A stretch of DNA of 64,000 bases from an uncultured Rhodospirillaceae bacterium (GCA_964343605.1 CAYFKJ010000004.1:60574-124573); one strand, 5' to 3'. Numbered from the stretch's first letter, positions 19,904 to 29,357 are shown. The notes: generated by a model from the letters alone, not told the origin. Program-made: numbers and translations.

Positions 19904-20911
19904 CTAGGCAGCCGCCCCGAGCCGGCCCCGGTCACGGGCATGCCACATGGCTTCGGCCTGATCCTGGGCGTCTTGCGGTCCCGACGCCCTGGCCATGGTG
20001 GCGAGCGCCAACGCCGCCGTGCCGGTCACCGCGGCCTCGGCGTAACCGTCTTCAAGTTCGCCGCGCCAGACCGCCAGCAGACGGCCGGTATCCATGTCCT
20101 CGTCGTGAGGTTGGCGGGATTCGGGCAGGAGGGCGGGCCATTCAAGTTCCGAGAGTTCGCCGTTCAAGACGGATTTGACGATCAGGGGTTTGTTGGGACG
20201 GCGCTCGATTTCGCCGCCCTCGCCCTTGATCACCGACATCTTTTTCTCACCCAGCATCAACGCCGCTTCCTGGTGGGTGGACAGGTAACCGGGGTGGAAA
20301 ATGCCCTGGATCATGGCATCCGCCGCCAGCGGGTTGATCATGCGGGAAATGGTGTGGACGGGCGAGCGCAAGCCCAGCAGGGGCCGGAGATCGATGATGT
20401 CGCGCAAGGTGGGGCTCAAGCCTTCCAATGGGACATAGCCGAAGTTGGTGGCGTCGATGTGGCCGGCGGCCTCGGCCAGCGTATCGGCAACCGGCAGGCC
20501 CATAAACTCCAGCGTCTCGCGGGTGTAGAGCCGGCCCGGGGTGTGGCCCTCCGTGCCGTGCATGAAAATGCGAAAGCCGTTCTGCGCCAACAGCAGACAG
20601 GAGAGGATGAACCAGGGCAGTTGGCGGCGCTTGCCGGCATAGGACGACCAGTCGAGGTCGACGGCTACTTTCGGGGGCGCGTCGAGGGCTTCGCGGCAGG
20701 CTTCGACGAAACCGGCGACTTCTTCGGCCGTTTCCTCCTTGTACCGCATCAGCATGAGAAAAGCGCCGAGCTGCACGGGTTCCACCTCGCCCGCCAGAAT
20801 CAGACGCATGCTGTCCCGCGCTTCCTCACGGGTCAAAGGGCGGGATATCGTTCGTCCGCGCGCCAGGATGCGCACATATTGCGCGAATGGATGTTCTTCA
20901 CGTGTCGCCAT
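19904..20911 (-). CDS. TrpD2/YbiB-like protein (anthranilate phosphoribosyltransferase fold, PRPP motif absent)
   Basis: 335 aa. N-terminal helical region (LTREEARDSMRLILAGEVEPVQLGAFLMLMRYKEET) and IKGEGGE block resemble glycosyl transferase family 3. The GTGGD PRPP-binding motif is replaced by DWSSYAGK. Confidence 0.7.
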   Translation of the reverse strand: MATREEHPFAQYVRILARGRTISRPLTREEARDSMRLILAGEVEPVQLGAFLMLMRYKEETAEEVAGFVEACREALDAPPKVAVDLDWSSYAGKRRQLPWFILSCLLLAQNGFRIFMHGTEGHTPGRLYTRETLEFMGLPVADTLAEAAGHIDATNFGYVPLEGLSPTLRDIIDLRPLLGLRSPVHTISRMINPLAADAMIQGIFHPGYLSTHQEAALMLGEKKMSVIKGEGGEIERRPNKPLIVKSVLNGELSELEWPALLPESRQPHDEDMDTGRLLAVWRGELEDGYAEAAVTGTAALALATMARASGPQDAQDQAEAMWHARDRGRLGAAA

Positions 20912-20947
20912 GATCGAAACCGTATGGTTAGAGAAGCCCTCAGCTTC

Positions 20948-22162
20948 TTATGTAGTCGAGCCCCGGTGCGGATCAACATCCGCATCCGCCAAGCTGACCG
21001 GCAGAAACGCCAGTATCTTGACGGCAAAGGCGACGATCGCCAGCGATAAGGCGACGCCGCCGATACCGAGGCCTATTTCATATACGCTTGGCGCATAGGA
21101 CGCCACCGTGCCGTCGGCAAAACCGCTTTCGACGGTCATGCCGGGGAACATCGACAGCGGAAACGCCTGTCCGCCGATGATAATCACGTAGACCTGAGCC
21201 ATGCCGCCGACGATCACGCCGGCCGCCGCCAGGGCAATGACCGGCCGGTTACCGCGGAATTGGGGACTGAGCAGCAGCACGAGCGGCAGGATGCCACCGA
21301 TCAGCACCTGCCCCAACCAGAAGAGGCGCGTGTAGACGCCGCCGTCCAACAGAATGAAGCGTTCGACGCCGGTATGTTCGGCGGCGTAAAGGTTGGTCAG
21401 ATGCTGCACGGCCGTGAAATAGAGCACGACCGCAACGAAAATACCGAGCAACTTGGCCAGGCGGGTGACGATCACATCGCCCAACGCCCGGTCCGTACCG
21501 GCGCTGCCGGCCATTAGGACCAGCACGAAGATGGCAAGCCCGAAGGCAAACGACATGGCAATGAAGAGCGGCGCCATGATGGCGGCGTCATAAGCCTGCC
21601 GCGCCACCAGAAAGCCGAAGATTGAACCCGTACCCGTGGTTAGCGCCAGGCGCCAGACGAAGGCCACGACGCCTGCCGGCTTGGCAAAACGGTTCATGCG
21701 CCGTTCCATCATCAGCCAGAGATAGACGCCTGCGATGGCGATGAAGCCGACGTAGAGGTAGATGTTCCAGGCGAAGATGGATCTAAAGTTATAGGTCGTC
21801 ATAGCCACGATCAGGCGGTCGGGCCGCCCCAAATCGAGCACCAGGACGGCCAATCCGCCCACCAGAAGGGCGATGGCCAGCAGGGCCGACAGCGGCGCCA
21901 GCGGCTTGTAAAGGCTGCGGCCGAAGACCGACGAGATGGAGGCCACGTTCAGCGCACCCGACGCCGCGACGATGAGGAAGACGGCGAAGACATGCGGCAT
22001 TCCCCAGACGATCTGGTTGTCCATGCCGGTGATGACGTGGCCGTAGTGTTCCATGTTCCAGGCCGACGCAAGCCCCACGACGACCAGCGCGCCGAGGCCG
22101 CCGATCAATGCCAGGTAACCGGGGCTGCGTCCTTCGATGCGGCTGTATCTCGTGCGTTTCAT
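20948..22162 (-). CDS. dsrP: DsrP, NrfD/PsrC-like integral membrane quinone-interacting subunit
   Basis: 404 aa from ATG 22162 (MKRTRYS). About 10 hydrophobic segments. The start overlaps the dsrO stop (TGATG). The Arg-rich upstream extension in the track ORF was rejected. Confidence 0.88.
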   Translation of the reverse strand: MKRTRYSRIEGRSPGYLALIGGLGALVVVGLASAWNMEHYGHVITGMDNQIVWGMPHVFAVFLIVAASGALNVASISSVFGRSLYKPLAPLSALLAIALLVGGLAVLVLDLGRPDRLIVAMTTYNFRSIFAWNIYLYVGFIAIAGVYLWLMMERRMNRFAKPAGVVAFVWRLALTTGTGSIFGFLVARQAYDAAIMAPLFIAMSFAFGLAIFVLVLMAGSAGTDRALGDVIVTRLAKLLGIFVAVVLYFTAVQHLTNLYAAEHTGVERFILLDGGVYTRLFWLGQVLIGGILPLVLLLSPQFRGNRPVIALAAAGVIVGGMAQVYVIIIGGQAFPLSMFPGMTVESGFADGTVASYAPSVYEIGLGIGGVALSLAIVAFAVKILAFLPVSLADADVDPHRGSTT

Positions 22163-22926
22163 CAGATCCCCCTGTAGCGGACGGCGGGATTGAGGCCCAG
22201 GTCGGCGCGGATCTGCTTGCTGGCGTGACGGGCGATGAGTTTCGAGATTTCGCTGTCGGGATCGTTGAGATCGCCGAACACCATGGCGCCGCGTTCGCTG
22301 CCGCCGCAGGCTTCGACGCAGGCCGGCTCGCGGTCGGCGTCGACGCGGTGGACGCACAAAGTGCAGCTCTCAACCGTGCCCTTGCCGCGCGGCGCATGGG
22401 TGCGCTGGCCTGTTACGCTTTCATGCACGAACGAGCGCGCCTTGTAGGGGCAGGCCATCATGCAATAGCGGCAGCCTATGCAGGTGTGCTTGTCCACCAG
22501 CACGATGCCGTCGGCCCGCTTCATGGAGGCGCCGGTGGGACAGACGTCGACACACGGCGGTTCCTCGCAATGCTGGCACATCATCGGCAGCGTCTGGCTC
22601 CAGCCTGTCTCGGGGTCGGTGATCTTGACGGCACGGATCCACTGGGGGTCGGTCGGGCGCATCGGTTTGTCGGCCTCTCCCTCGCCGCGCCAGCCGTTCT
22701 CGTCGGCACAGGCGTCGACGCAGGCCGTACAGCCGTCCTCGCACTTGTCGGCGTCGATCAACAAGCCCCAGCGCACGCCGGGCGAAGCCGCGGCGCCCTT
22801 GGGCCGGGCCTGCGCCGGCGCAAACAGCGTCAGGCCGGGGGCGATGGCGATGCCCGCTGCCGCCCCTACCAGCAGTTTGCGCCGGGTATCGTCGACGCCG
22901 GTCGAACAGTTGTTGCCGCACGCCAT
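22162..22926 (-). CDS. dsrO: DsrO, periplasmic Tat-exported 4Fe-4S ferredoxin-like subunit
   Basis: Twin-arginine signal TRRKLLVGAAAG. Cys clusters CQHCEEPPCVDVCP, CIGCRYCMMACP and CTLCVHRV...CVEAC. Start at ATG 22926, 4 nt after the dsrJ stop. Confidence 0.88.
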   Translation of the reverse strand: MACGNNCSTGVDDTRRKLLVGAAAGIAIAPGLTLFAPAQARPKGAAASPGVRWGLLIDADKCEDGCTACVDACADENGWRGEGEADKPMRPTDPQWIRAVKITDPETGWSQTLPMMCQHCEEPPCVDVCPTGASMKRADGIVLVDKHTCIGCRYCMMACPYKARSFVHESVTGQRTHAPRGKGTVESCTLCVHRVDADREPACVEACGGSERGAMVFGDLNDPDSEISKLIARHASKQIRADLGLNPAVRYRGI

Positions 22927-22930
22927 GCCG

Positions 22931-23362
22931 CTACACTCCCGCACATCCGGCAATGCCGGCGTGGGCGAAGACAGGCGCCAAATCTGCGCGGCGATCAGTT
23001 TCGGGCGTCGAGGCGTGACACTCAAAGCAGTCGATCGTGACGGCGGTATAGGTGTGGCACGACTTGCAGAAATGCTCGGGCTCGCGGTAAGTCACGGGCC
23101 GGCCGTTTTTGCCGGGCACGGCGTGGCAGGCAATGCAGTCCTTGAGGCTGTATTTCTCGCCCCGGATGCCGAGCCGCAGGGTATCGTCGCGCTGATGCAT
23201 GAGCATATCGGGATGATAGCGCCGCATGAACGGCACCTCGGCCACGCACTGCACCCCCTTGCCCTTGGGCGGCTGCGGCTGCGGCACGCTGCCGGACCAC
23301 GCCGGTCCCGCCATCAAGGGCAGCAGCAGAGCCGCAAGCACGATGAGCAGCGCACGCTTCAT
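22931..23362 (-). CDS. dsrJ: DsrJ, periplasmic triheme cytochrome c
   Basis: 143 aa from ATG 23362 (MKRALLIVLAALLL signal). Three CxxCH motifs: CIACH, CKSCH and CFECH. Confidence 0.9.
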   Translation of the reverse strand: MKRALLIVLAALLLPLMAGPAWSGSVPQPQPPKGKGVQCVAEVPFMRRYHPDMLMHQRDDTLRLGIRGEKYSLKDCIACHAVPGKNGRPVTYREPEHFCKSCHTYTAVTIDCFECHASTPETDRRADLAPVFAHAGIAGCAGV

Positions 23363-23364
23363 GG

Positions 23365-25335
23365 CTATTCGCCCATGCCCATTTCGATGTAGCCCGAAGG
23401 ACAGACGTCGGCGCAGATGTGACAGCCAATGCATTTGCCGTAGTCCGTATCGACATACCTGCCGAACGATTTTTCGTTTTTCTTGACCCGGAACACGGCG
23501 TCCTGCGGACAGTAGACGACGCAGTTGTCACACTCGAAACATATGCCGCAGCTCATGCAGCGTTCGGCTTCGGCAACCGCCTGCTCCTTCAGCAGCGCCT
23601 GGATGCGTTCGCCGAAGTGCCCCAGGACGGCCTCCGGATCGATGTGCTTTTCCGAACGGCGATTGCGCGGCTCGTTCGCCCAATGGCCGAGGAACAAACC
23701 GTCCGCCGGGATGATCTCGCGCGACGAGCGGTCATCGAAATTATGCACGGCGAACTTCGAGGAATCGGTGCCGCGGATCTGCTCGTGGCTGTAGTCCTCC
23801 GGCTCAAAACCGCTTTCGCGCAGCTTGTCCAGGAGGTTGAAATGGTGCACGTCGACCTTGGGCCTGCGTCCCGGCTCCTCGCCCTTCAGATACTGATCGA
23901 TGCTTTCGACGGCGACGGAGGCATGGCCGATGGCTGTCGTCAACAGATGGGGTTTGATGATGTCGCCGGCGACGAAATAGCCGGGTTTGTTCGGCACCTG
24001 GAAATTCTTGTCGGCGGAGACCAGTCCCTTGCCGTTGTTGAGGTCCTCCATGCCTTCGAAGTCGCCCTGCTGGCCGATGGCGCCGACAATGAGGTCGCAT
24101 TCGATGTCAAACTCGCTGCCCTCCTTCGTCGTCATGTTGTTGCCTTCCCACTCGACCTCGATGACGCGCAGCGCCGTGGCGCGGCCCTCGTCGTTGACGA
24201 TGACCTCGACCGGCGCGAGGCTGGCACGGATGGCGACGCCTTCCTGGCGCACGTGCTCGACTTCCATCTTGGTCGCCGGCATCTTGTCGACGGGCCGGCG
24301 GTAGACGATGGTAACGTCGGCCCCCTGGCGCTTGGCCGCCGTCGCCACATCGTGGGCTGTGTGGCCGAGGACGACCATTTCGGGCCGGTCCTTTTCGCTG
24401 GCATGCGTGATGTGACCGAGACGCCGGGCCACCGCCGCCACGTCCATAGCGGTGTCGCCGCCGCCGATCACCAGCACGCGCTGGGCGCCGTGCTGCAGGC
24501 GGCCCTGGTTGAAGGCCTCGAGGAAGGCGACGCCGGAGATGCAGTTGGTCGCCTTGTCCGCGCCGGGGAACGGCAGGGCCGAACCGTGCTTTGCGCCGAT
24601 GGCGATGAGGATGGCGTCGTAGTCATTCTCGAGCTGCTGCATGGGAATGTCGCGGCCGATGCGGGTGCTGAGCTTGATCTCGACGCCCATGTCGACGATG
24701 CGCTTGATCTCGCCGTCGAGTACCTCGCGCGGCGTGCGGTAACCGGGGATGCCGTAGCGCATCATGCCGCCGAGATCCTCGTGGTCGTCGAAGATAGTGG
24801 CGCCATGGCCGAGGCGGCGAAGCTGGTAGGCCGCCGCCAGGCCGGCCGGTCCGCCGCCGACGATGGCGACTTTCTTGCCGGTATCGGCGGCGGCCTCGCC
24901 GAAGCTTAGTTCCTGTTGCAGGGCATAGTCGCCGACGAAGTGTTCGACCGAGTTGATGCCGACATGTTCCTCGACCTCGTTGCGGTTGCAGCCGTCCTCG
25001 CACGGCGCCGGACAGACGCGGCCCATGATGGCGGGCAGCGGATTGGCGTCCGTGATGCGGCGGAAGGCGTATTCCTCCCACGGCATGTCGGGATCAGCCG
25101 GCTTCTCGACGCCGCGGGCGATGCTGAGCCAGCCCCGAATATCCTCGCCCGAAGGGCAACTGCCCTGGCAGGGCGGCGTGCGGTGGACATAGGTCGGGCA
25201 TTTGTGACTTTCGTCCGCCGTGAAGATTTCCTCACTCCACGGTTTGTGCGAATCGTCGCCATCCTTATAGCGCCGGCGGGTCTGCTGTGCGGCCTGGTCC
25301 GGCGCGCTGGGGGTTTCTTCGGCTGAATTCGTCAT
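23365..25335 (-). CDS. dsrL: DsrL, NAD(P)H:acceptor oxidoreductase (GltD-like flavoprotein with ferredoxin domains)
   Basis: 656 aa. Dinucleotide motifs VAIVGGGPAGLAAA and VLVIGGGDTAMD. N-terminal Cys cluster and C-terminal 2x[4Fe-4S] motifs CMSCGICFECDNCVVYCP and CIGCHICADVCP. Confidence 0.9.
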   Translation of the reverse strand: MTNSAEETPSAPDQAAQQTRRRYKDGDDSHKPWSEEIFTADESHKCPTYVHRTPPCQGSCPSGEDIRGWLSIARGVEKPADPDMPWEEYAFRRITDANPLPAIMGRVCPAPCEDGCNRNEVEEHVGINSVEHFVGDYALQQELSFGEAAADTGKKVAIVGGGPAGLAAAYQLRRLGHGATIFDDHEDLGGMMRYGIPGYRTPREVLDGEIKRIVDMGVEIKLSTRIGRDIPMQQLENDYDAILIAIGAKHGSALPFPGADKATNCISGVAFLEAFNQGRLQHGAQRVLVIGGGDTAMDVAAVARRLGHITHASEKDRPEMVVLGHTAHDVATAAKRQGADVTIVYRRPVDKMPATKMEVEHVRQEGVAIRASLAPVEVIVNDEGRATALRVIEVEWEGNNMTTKEGSEFDIECDLIVGAIGQQGDFEGMEDLNNGKGLVSADKNFQVPNKPGYFVAGDIIKPHLLTTAIGHASVAVESIDQYLKGEEPGRRPKVDVHHFNLLDKLRESGFEPEDYSHEQIRGTDSSKFAVHNFDDRSSREIIPADGLFLGHWANEPRNRRSEKHIDPEAVLGHFGERIQALLKEQAVAEAERCMSCGICFECDNCVVYCPQDAVFRVKKNEKSFGRYVDTDYGKCIGCHICADVCPSGYIEMGMGE

Positions 25336-25350
25336 AGCGGTTTCCCTGCC

Positions 25351-26940
25351 CTAATCTTCCGCCGTTTCCGGGGCGGTTTCGTTCGGCTCGTCGTTTTCCT
25401 GGTCGTCGTCCTCGCCCTCGGGCTCCCCCGTGCCGTCGAGCTCGGCTTCCTGTTCGCTGCCTTCCAAAACGATGGCATTGCTCACCAGCTGGTGGATGCT
25501 GACGACCTGATCCATGTCCATGCCGTAATAGGGCAGGACCTTGGAGAACTGGCTCTTGCAGATGGCGCAGATCGCCGCCATGTGCGTGACGCCGTGTTCC
25601 TCCACGACGTGGGCCAGCGCCTGCATGCGCGGCTGCGCGCCCTTGACGCGGAGCTCAATCAGATCGTCGGTCAGCAAGCCGCCGCCGCCGCCGCAGCAGA
25701 AGCTGGCTTCCTTTATGGTCTCTTCCGCCATGTCGTGGAAGTTGTTGCAGACCGCCTTGATGACGGCGCGCGGAATTTCGAACTGGCCGCCGGGCGCATC
25801 GCCCATGCGCGTCGCACGGGCGACGTTGCAGCTGTCGTGGAAGGTCAGCGTCATGTCGTCGTTGGCGGACTTGTCGAGCCTCAGCTTGCCGGCTTCGATC
25901 AGGTTGTTGGTGTATTCGCAGATGTGCTGGGGCTGTGGGTAATTCGGATCGAGGAAATCGAACGGCCCGATCAGGGTGTTCCAGAAGCTGTAGGCGACGC
26001 GCCAGGCGTGGCCGCATTCGCCTAAAACGATACGCTTGACGCCAAGGTCCTGGGCGGCCTGGCGGATGCGCTCGGCGACCTCCCGCATCTGCTCTTGCGA
26101 TCCGATAAACATGGCGAAATTGGCCGCCTCGGAGGCATGCGACGACAGCGTCCAGCTGGCGCCCGCGGCATGGAATACCTTGGCGTAGCCGATCAGACCG
26201 TCGACATGGGGTTCGGCGAAGAAATCGGCGCTCGGTGTCACCAACAGGATGTCGGCGCCTTCTTCGTCGAGCGGCAGGCGCACGGCGACACCCGTGTCGT
26301 CCTCGATGTCTTCCTCGAGCCCTTCCAGCGTGTTGGCCAGCGCCGGCGCCGGCAGGCCGAGGTTGTTGCCGATGTCGTGGACCTTGCCGATGATTTCGTT
26401 GCAGTACTTCTGGCCCACCCCGATATGATCCATGATGTCGCGCGCCGCCATGGAAATCTCGGCCGTATCGATGCCGTAGGGGCAATAGACGGAGCAGCGC
26501 CGGCACTGCGAACACTGGTGGAAATAGCTGTACCAGTCGTCGAGCACCTCTTCCGTCAGGTCGGCGGCGCCGACCAGGCCAGGGATCAGTTTGCCCGCCA
26601 CCGTGAAGTGCCGCCGGTAAACCTTGCGCAACAGATCCTGGCGCGCCACCGGCATATTCTTCGGATCGCCGGTGCCGAGGAAATAATGGCACTTGTCGGT
26701 ACAGGCACCGCATTTGACGCAACTGTCGAGGTAGACGCGGAGCGCCCGGTTGCTTTCCAACAGTTCGCCCATGCGGGCGATGGCCTTATCGTGCCAGTCG
26801 TCGACCAACTCGCCCGGGAAGCCGAGGGCTTCCTGATGATCGGGCGCGGCCGGGAACGGCTTGGAATGGGCCATGCATCCCGGCGCCAGGGCCGGCATTT
26901 CCTGGAACTCGTTGATCGTCGGGGTTTCGAAATCGGCCAT
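25351..26940 (-). CDS. dsrK: DsrK, HdrD-like catalytic Fe-S subunit (CCG domains)
   Basis: 529 aa. CVKCGACTDKCHYF and CSQCRRCSVYCPYG ferredoxin motifs, plus CCG-type clusters including FCCGGGGG. Confidence 0.92.
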   Translation of the reverse strand: MADFETPTINEFQEMPALAPGCMAHSKPFPAAPDHQEALGFPGELVDDWHDKAIARMGELLESNRALRVYLDSCVKCGACTDKCHYFLGTGDPKNMPVARQDLLRKVYRRHFTVAGKLIPGLVGAADLTEEVLDDWYSYFHQCSQCRRCSVYCPYGIDTAEISMAARDIMDHIGVGQKYCNEIIGKVHDIGNNLGLPAPALANTLEGLEEDIEDDTGVAVRLPLDEEGADILLVTPSADFFAEPHVDGLIGYAKVFHAAGASWTLSSHASEAANFAMFIGSQEQMREVAERIRQAAQDLGVKRIVLGECGHAWRVAYSFWNTLIGPFDFLDPNYPQPQHICEYTNNLIEAGKLRLDKSANDDMTLTFHDSCNVARATRMGDAPGGQFEIPRAVIKAVCNNFHDMAEETIKEASFCCGGGGGLLTDDLIELRVKGAQPRMQALAHVVEEHGVTHMAAICAICKSQFSKVLPYYGMDMDQVVSIHQLVSNAIVLEGSEQEAELDGTGEPEGEDDDQENDEPNETAPETAED

Positions 26941-26945
26941 CGGCC

Positions 26946-27686
26946 CTACTCCCCCTTACCGGCTTCAAGCTCGGCGATCCACGGCGCCACGTGGCGCTTT
27001 TCGCGGGCGTCGTCGATCTGGTTGCGGCTCGGGCTGAAGAAGACGCCGGGCGCATGCAGCAGCTTGCTGAACGGAAAGACGATCATCAGGGCGGCGACAA
27101 GGGCGAGGTGGATCAGCAGCGCGGGATCGCCGGGCAGGGGCTGCCAGTCGAAATACATCAGGCCGAGCATGAAGGCTTTCAGAGCCACAATGTCGGTGGG
27201 GGCAACGTAGCGCATGCCGAGGCCGCTGCCGGCGATAGCGAGCAGCAGCACCAGGAACAGGATGTCCGATGCGTTCGTGATGTAGCGCACGCGCTCGACA
27301 AACAGGCGCCGCGCCAGGAGACCGGCCAGGCCCAGCACCATGGCGAAGCCGGCGTACATGCCGAAGGGCTGCACCAGCACGACCCAGCCCCACACTGGTT
27401 CGGTGAAATAGCGCAGGTGGCGCAACAGGGCGAGGGCGAGGGCGGCGTGGAACATCCAGCCGAACAGCCAAATCCACTTGTTGGATTTAAAGAGGCTTTC
27501 GAAAAAGACCACCTCGCGGAAAAGGCGCGCGCCGACGCCAGTGCGCGACAGCGGCGCCGGCATGACGGGGATTTTCAGCGGTGCGGGCGTGCGGGCGTAT
27601 TGCGCGATCTTAAGCCCGACGCCGACGACCAGGACGGCCGTGGCGGCGTAAAACAGCAGGGCAAAGATCACGGTCAGCGCCGACAT
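26946..27686 (-). CDS. dsrM: DsrM, NarI-like diheme cytochrome b membrane subunit
   Basis: About 246 aa with five hydrophobic helices and conserved His residues. ATG 27686 is preferred over the in-frame GTG 27698 because AAGGGAG lies 11 nt upstream of the ATG. Confidence 0.88.
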   Translation of the reverse strand: MSALTVIFALLFYAATAVLVVGVGLKIAQYARTPAPLKIPVMPAPLSRTGVGARLFREVVFFESLFKSNKWIWLFGWMFHAALALALLRHLRYFTEPVWGWVVLVQPFGMYAGFAMVLGLAGLLARRLFVERVRYITNASDILFLVLLLAIAGSGLGMRYVAPTDIVALKAFMLGLMYFDWQPLPGDPALLIHLALVAALMIVFPFSKLLHAPGVFFSPSRNQIDDAREKRHVAPWIAELEAGKGE

Positions 27687-27705
27687 TTGGCGAAACACTC
27701 CCTTT

Positions 27706-27741
27706 GGGAGGTCGCCGCGCCCCCTGGCGCGTCACCCTCCC
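27706..27741 (-). promoter_or_regulatory. 12-bp interrupted GC-rich stem-loop in the dsrC-dsrM spacer
   Basis: GGGAGG..CGCGCC-cccu-GGCGCG..CCTCCC read directly. No U tract. It ends about 20 nt upstream of the dsrM start. Confidence 0.4.
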
Positions 27742-27816
27742 GCTCGTCTTGTTGCCGGTATGGCGACCGGCTCCTCAACCACTAGAACGAATTGAACAAC
27801 CGGTATCGAAAGGCGA

Positions 27817-28149
27817 TTAAATACAGCCGGTGGGCTTGGGCAGACCGGCGATCTTGCAGGCCTGCTTGGCCGGACCGTAGGGGAACAAGCTGTAGAGGTA
27901 CTTGTTGTTGCCCTTGTCCTTGCCGAGCTTCTTGCCGACGGCCTTGGTCAACACGCGCACGGCCGGCGCGATCTGGTATTCGTCGTAATATTCCCGCAGG
28001 AAATTGACGACTTCCCAGTGTTCGTCGGTCATGTCGATGTTCTCGTCCTGGGCGATGAGGTCAGCCAAGCCCTCACTCCAGACGCTGATGTCGGTGATGT
28101 ACCCCTCTTCATCGGCGTCGTAGGTTTCGCCGTTGTACTCGTATGCCAT
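27817..28149 (-). CDS. dsrC: DsrC (TusE/DsrC family) with both C-terminal redox cysteines
   Basis: 110 aa from ATG 28149 (MAYEYNGETY). The C-terminus CKIAGLPKPTGCI carries the two conserved Cys of bona fide DsrC. Confidence 0.93.
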   Translation of the reverse strand: MAYEYNGETYDADEEGYITDISVWSEGLADLIAQDENIDMTDEHWEVVNFLREYYDEYQIAPAVRVLTKAVGKKLGKDKGNNKYLYSLFPYGPAKQACKIAGLPKPTGCI

Positions 28150-28237
28150 TACACTGTCCTCCTTAAAGTCCTTTAGTGCGTTACCCCCGCACAATGTCCG
28201 GGCCGCGTTGCGGCCTGCGTTCATATCCCTGTTGTCG

Positions 28238-28546
28238 CTACAGCCATGAGTGTATCGAATCGTGTTCGGCGGCTAAATCCACAAATCCACCGTAGTCGAT
28301 GACGGATAATCCGTCGCTGACGCGGTCTTCCGACATGCCGCGAGCGGCCAGGTCCGGCCCCAGGACGTAGAGCTTGAGGCGCGATTTGGCGGCATCCAGC
28401 TTGGCGGCCACCTCCCCGGCCGCCGTCGCGGCAACGACGCCGTCCTCAATCAGCAAAACCGCGCTGCCGTCCTCGGCCATATCGAGGCACCGGTCGAACG
28501 AATTGCGCTCGAACGGTGATTTGTTGATGGTGTGCAACTGGGTCAT
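28238..28546 (-). CDS. dsrH: DsrH sulfur relay protein
   Basis: 102 aa, DsrH/TusB-like (MTQLHTINKSPFERNS...). 4-nt overlap with dsrF. Confidence 0.88.
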   Translation of the reverse strand: MTQLHTINKSPFERNSFDRCLDMAEDGSAVLLIEDGVVAATAAGEVAAKLDAAKSRLKLYVLGPDLAARGMSEDRVSDGLSVIDYGGFVDLAAEHDSIHSWL

Positions 28547-28950
28547 GCCGTCAAAATCACTTCCTGCTCGGCCATCAAGGCGGCCAACTGCGTCTGGTCA
28601 AGGACCTCCACCGGAATGACCAGATCGTCTTCCGTGAGGCCGCGCGCCTCCAGCGAATCCCTGTCGACGAAGATCTTTTCCACATCGTAGTCGTCCAGCG
28701 CGCGATAGGTCGGGGAGAAATTCTTCATGTTGATGGCGGCGGTGTCCTGGTCCTTCTTCAACTGATAGACGCCGTCGTCCATGAACACCACGCTGACGTC
28801 CTGGTCGAAGGCTGCGGCGATCAGCACCATCTCCAGGCTCTCCAGCGCATACACGGTGCCGTAGGGCGCCTTGCGGTTGACGTACATGAATTTCTTGACG
28901 GTACCTTCGTACTCGTCGTCATCGGGTGGAATTTCCGGTAAATCGCTCAT
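28543..28950 (-). CDS. dsrF: DsrF sulfur relay protein
   Basis: 135 aa, DsrF/TusC-like (KKFMYVNRKAPYGTVYALESLEMVL). Located between dsrE and dsrH. Confidence 0.88.
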   Translation of the reverse strand: MSDLPEIPPDDDEYEGTVKKFMYVNRKAPYGTVYALESLEMVLIAAAFDQDVSVVFMDDGVYQLKKDQDTAAINMKNFSPTYRALDDYDVEKIFVDRDSLEARGLTEDDLVIPVEVLDQTQLAALMAEQEVILTA

Positions 28951-28967
28951 CGTTCCAACTCACTCAC

Positions 28968-29327
28968 CTAATCGCCAAACACCACGAGGCGGTCGCTCTG
29001 GATGCCGGCCTCGATCAACTGACCCAGGCCGGAGATGCGGAAGCCCGGCGCCAGGATGTCATCCTTGATACCGCGCCTCAGCGCCGCGGCGATGCAGACG
29101 ACGAGGTCGACGCCGTGTTCCTCCGCCAGGTCGGACCACAGCTTCACGAGGTTGCGGTCGTCGGATTGCGGCTCCGACAGCTTGTTGGCGTTGTTGACGC
29201 CGTCGTAATAGAAGAACACGCGGAATATTTCGTGTCCCTTCTCCAACGCCGCCTTGGTGAACTGATAGGCGCTGTCGGAGGCCTGGTGGGTGAACGGACC
29301 TTCGTTCACCAGTACGCCGAACTTCAT
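28968..29327 (-). CDS. dsrE: DsrE sulfur relay protein
   Basis: 119 aa. MKFGVLVNEGPFTHQASDSAYQF N-terminus and conserved active-site Cys context (DLVVCIAAALRRG). Confidence 0.9.
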   Translation of the reverse strand: MKFGVLVNEGPFTHQASDSAYQFTKAALEKGHEIFRVFFYYDGVNNANKLSEPQSDDRNLVKLWSDLAEEHGVDLVVCIAAALRRGIKDDILAPGFRISGLGQLIEAGIQSDRLVVFGD

Positions 29328-29357
29328 CGGAATCCCTCTCGCAAACTCAAATCGTGA

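Noticed and set aside
20948-22357. N-terminal 65-codon extension of the dsrP ORF (MRPPRRRRPRAGLRR...)
   Set aside because: The extension overlaps the 3' end of dsrO and is an Arg-rich out-of-frame read of it. ATG 22162 gives a normal DsrP N-terminus and a TGATG junction with dsrO. Similar extensions were trimmed for kynU, dsrA, dsrC, dsrJ, dsrO, hslO, argE, the hydrolase at 16140-16778, and others.
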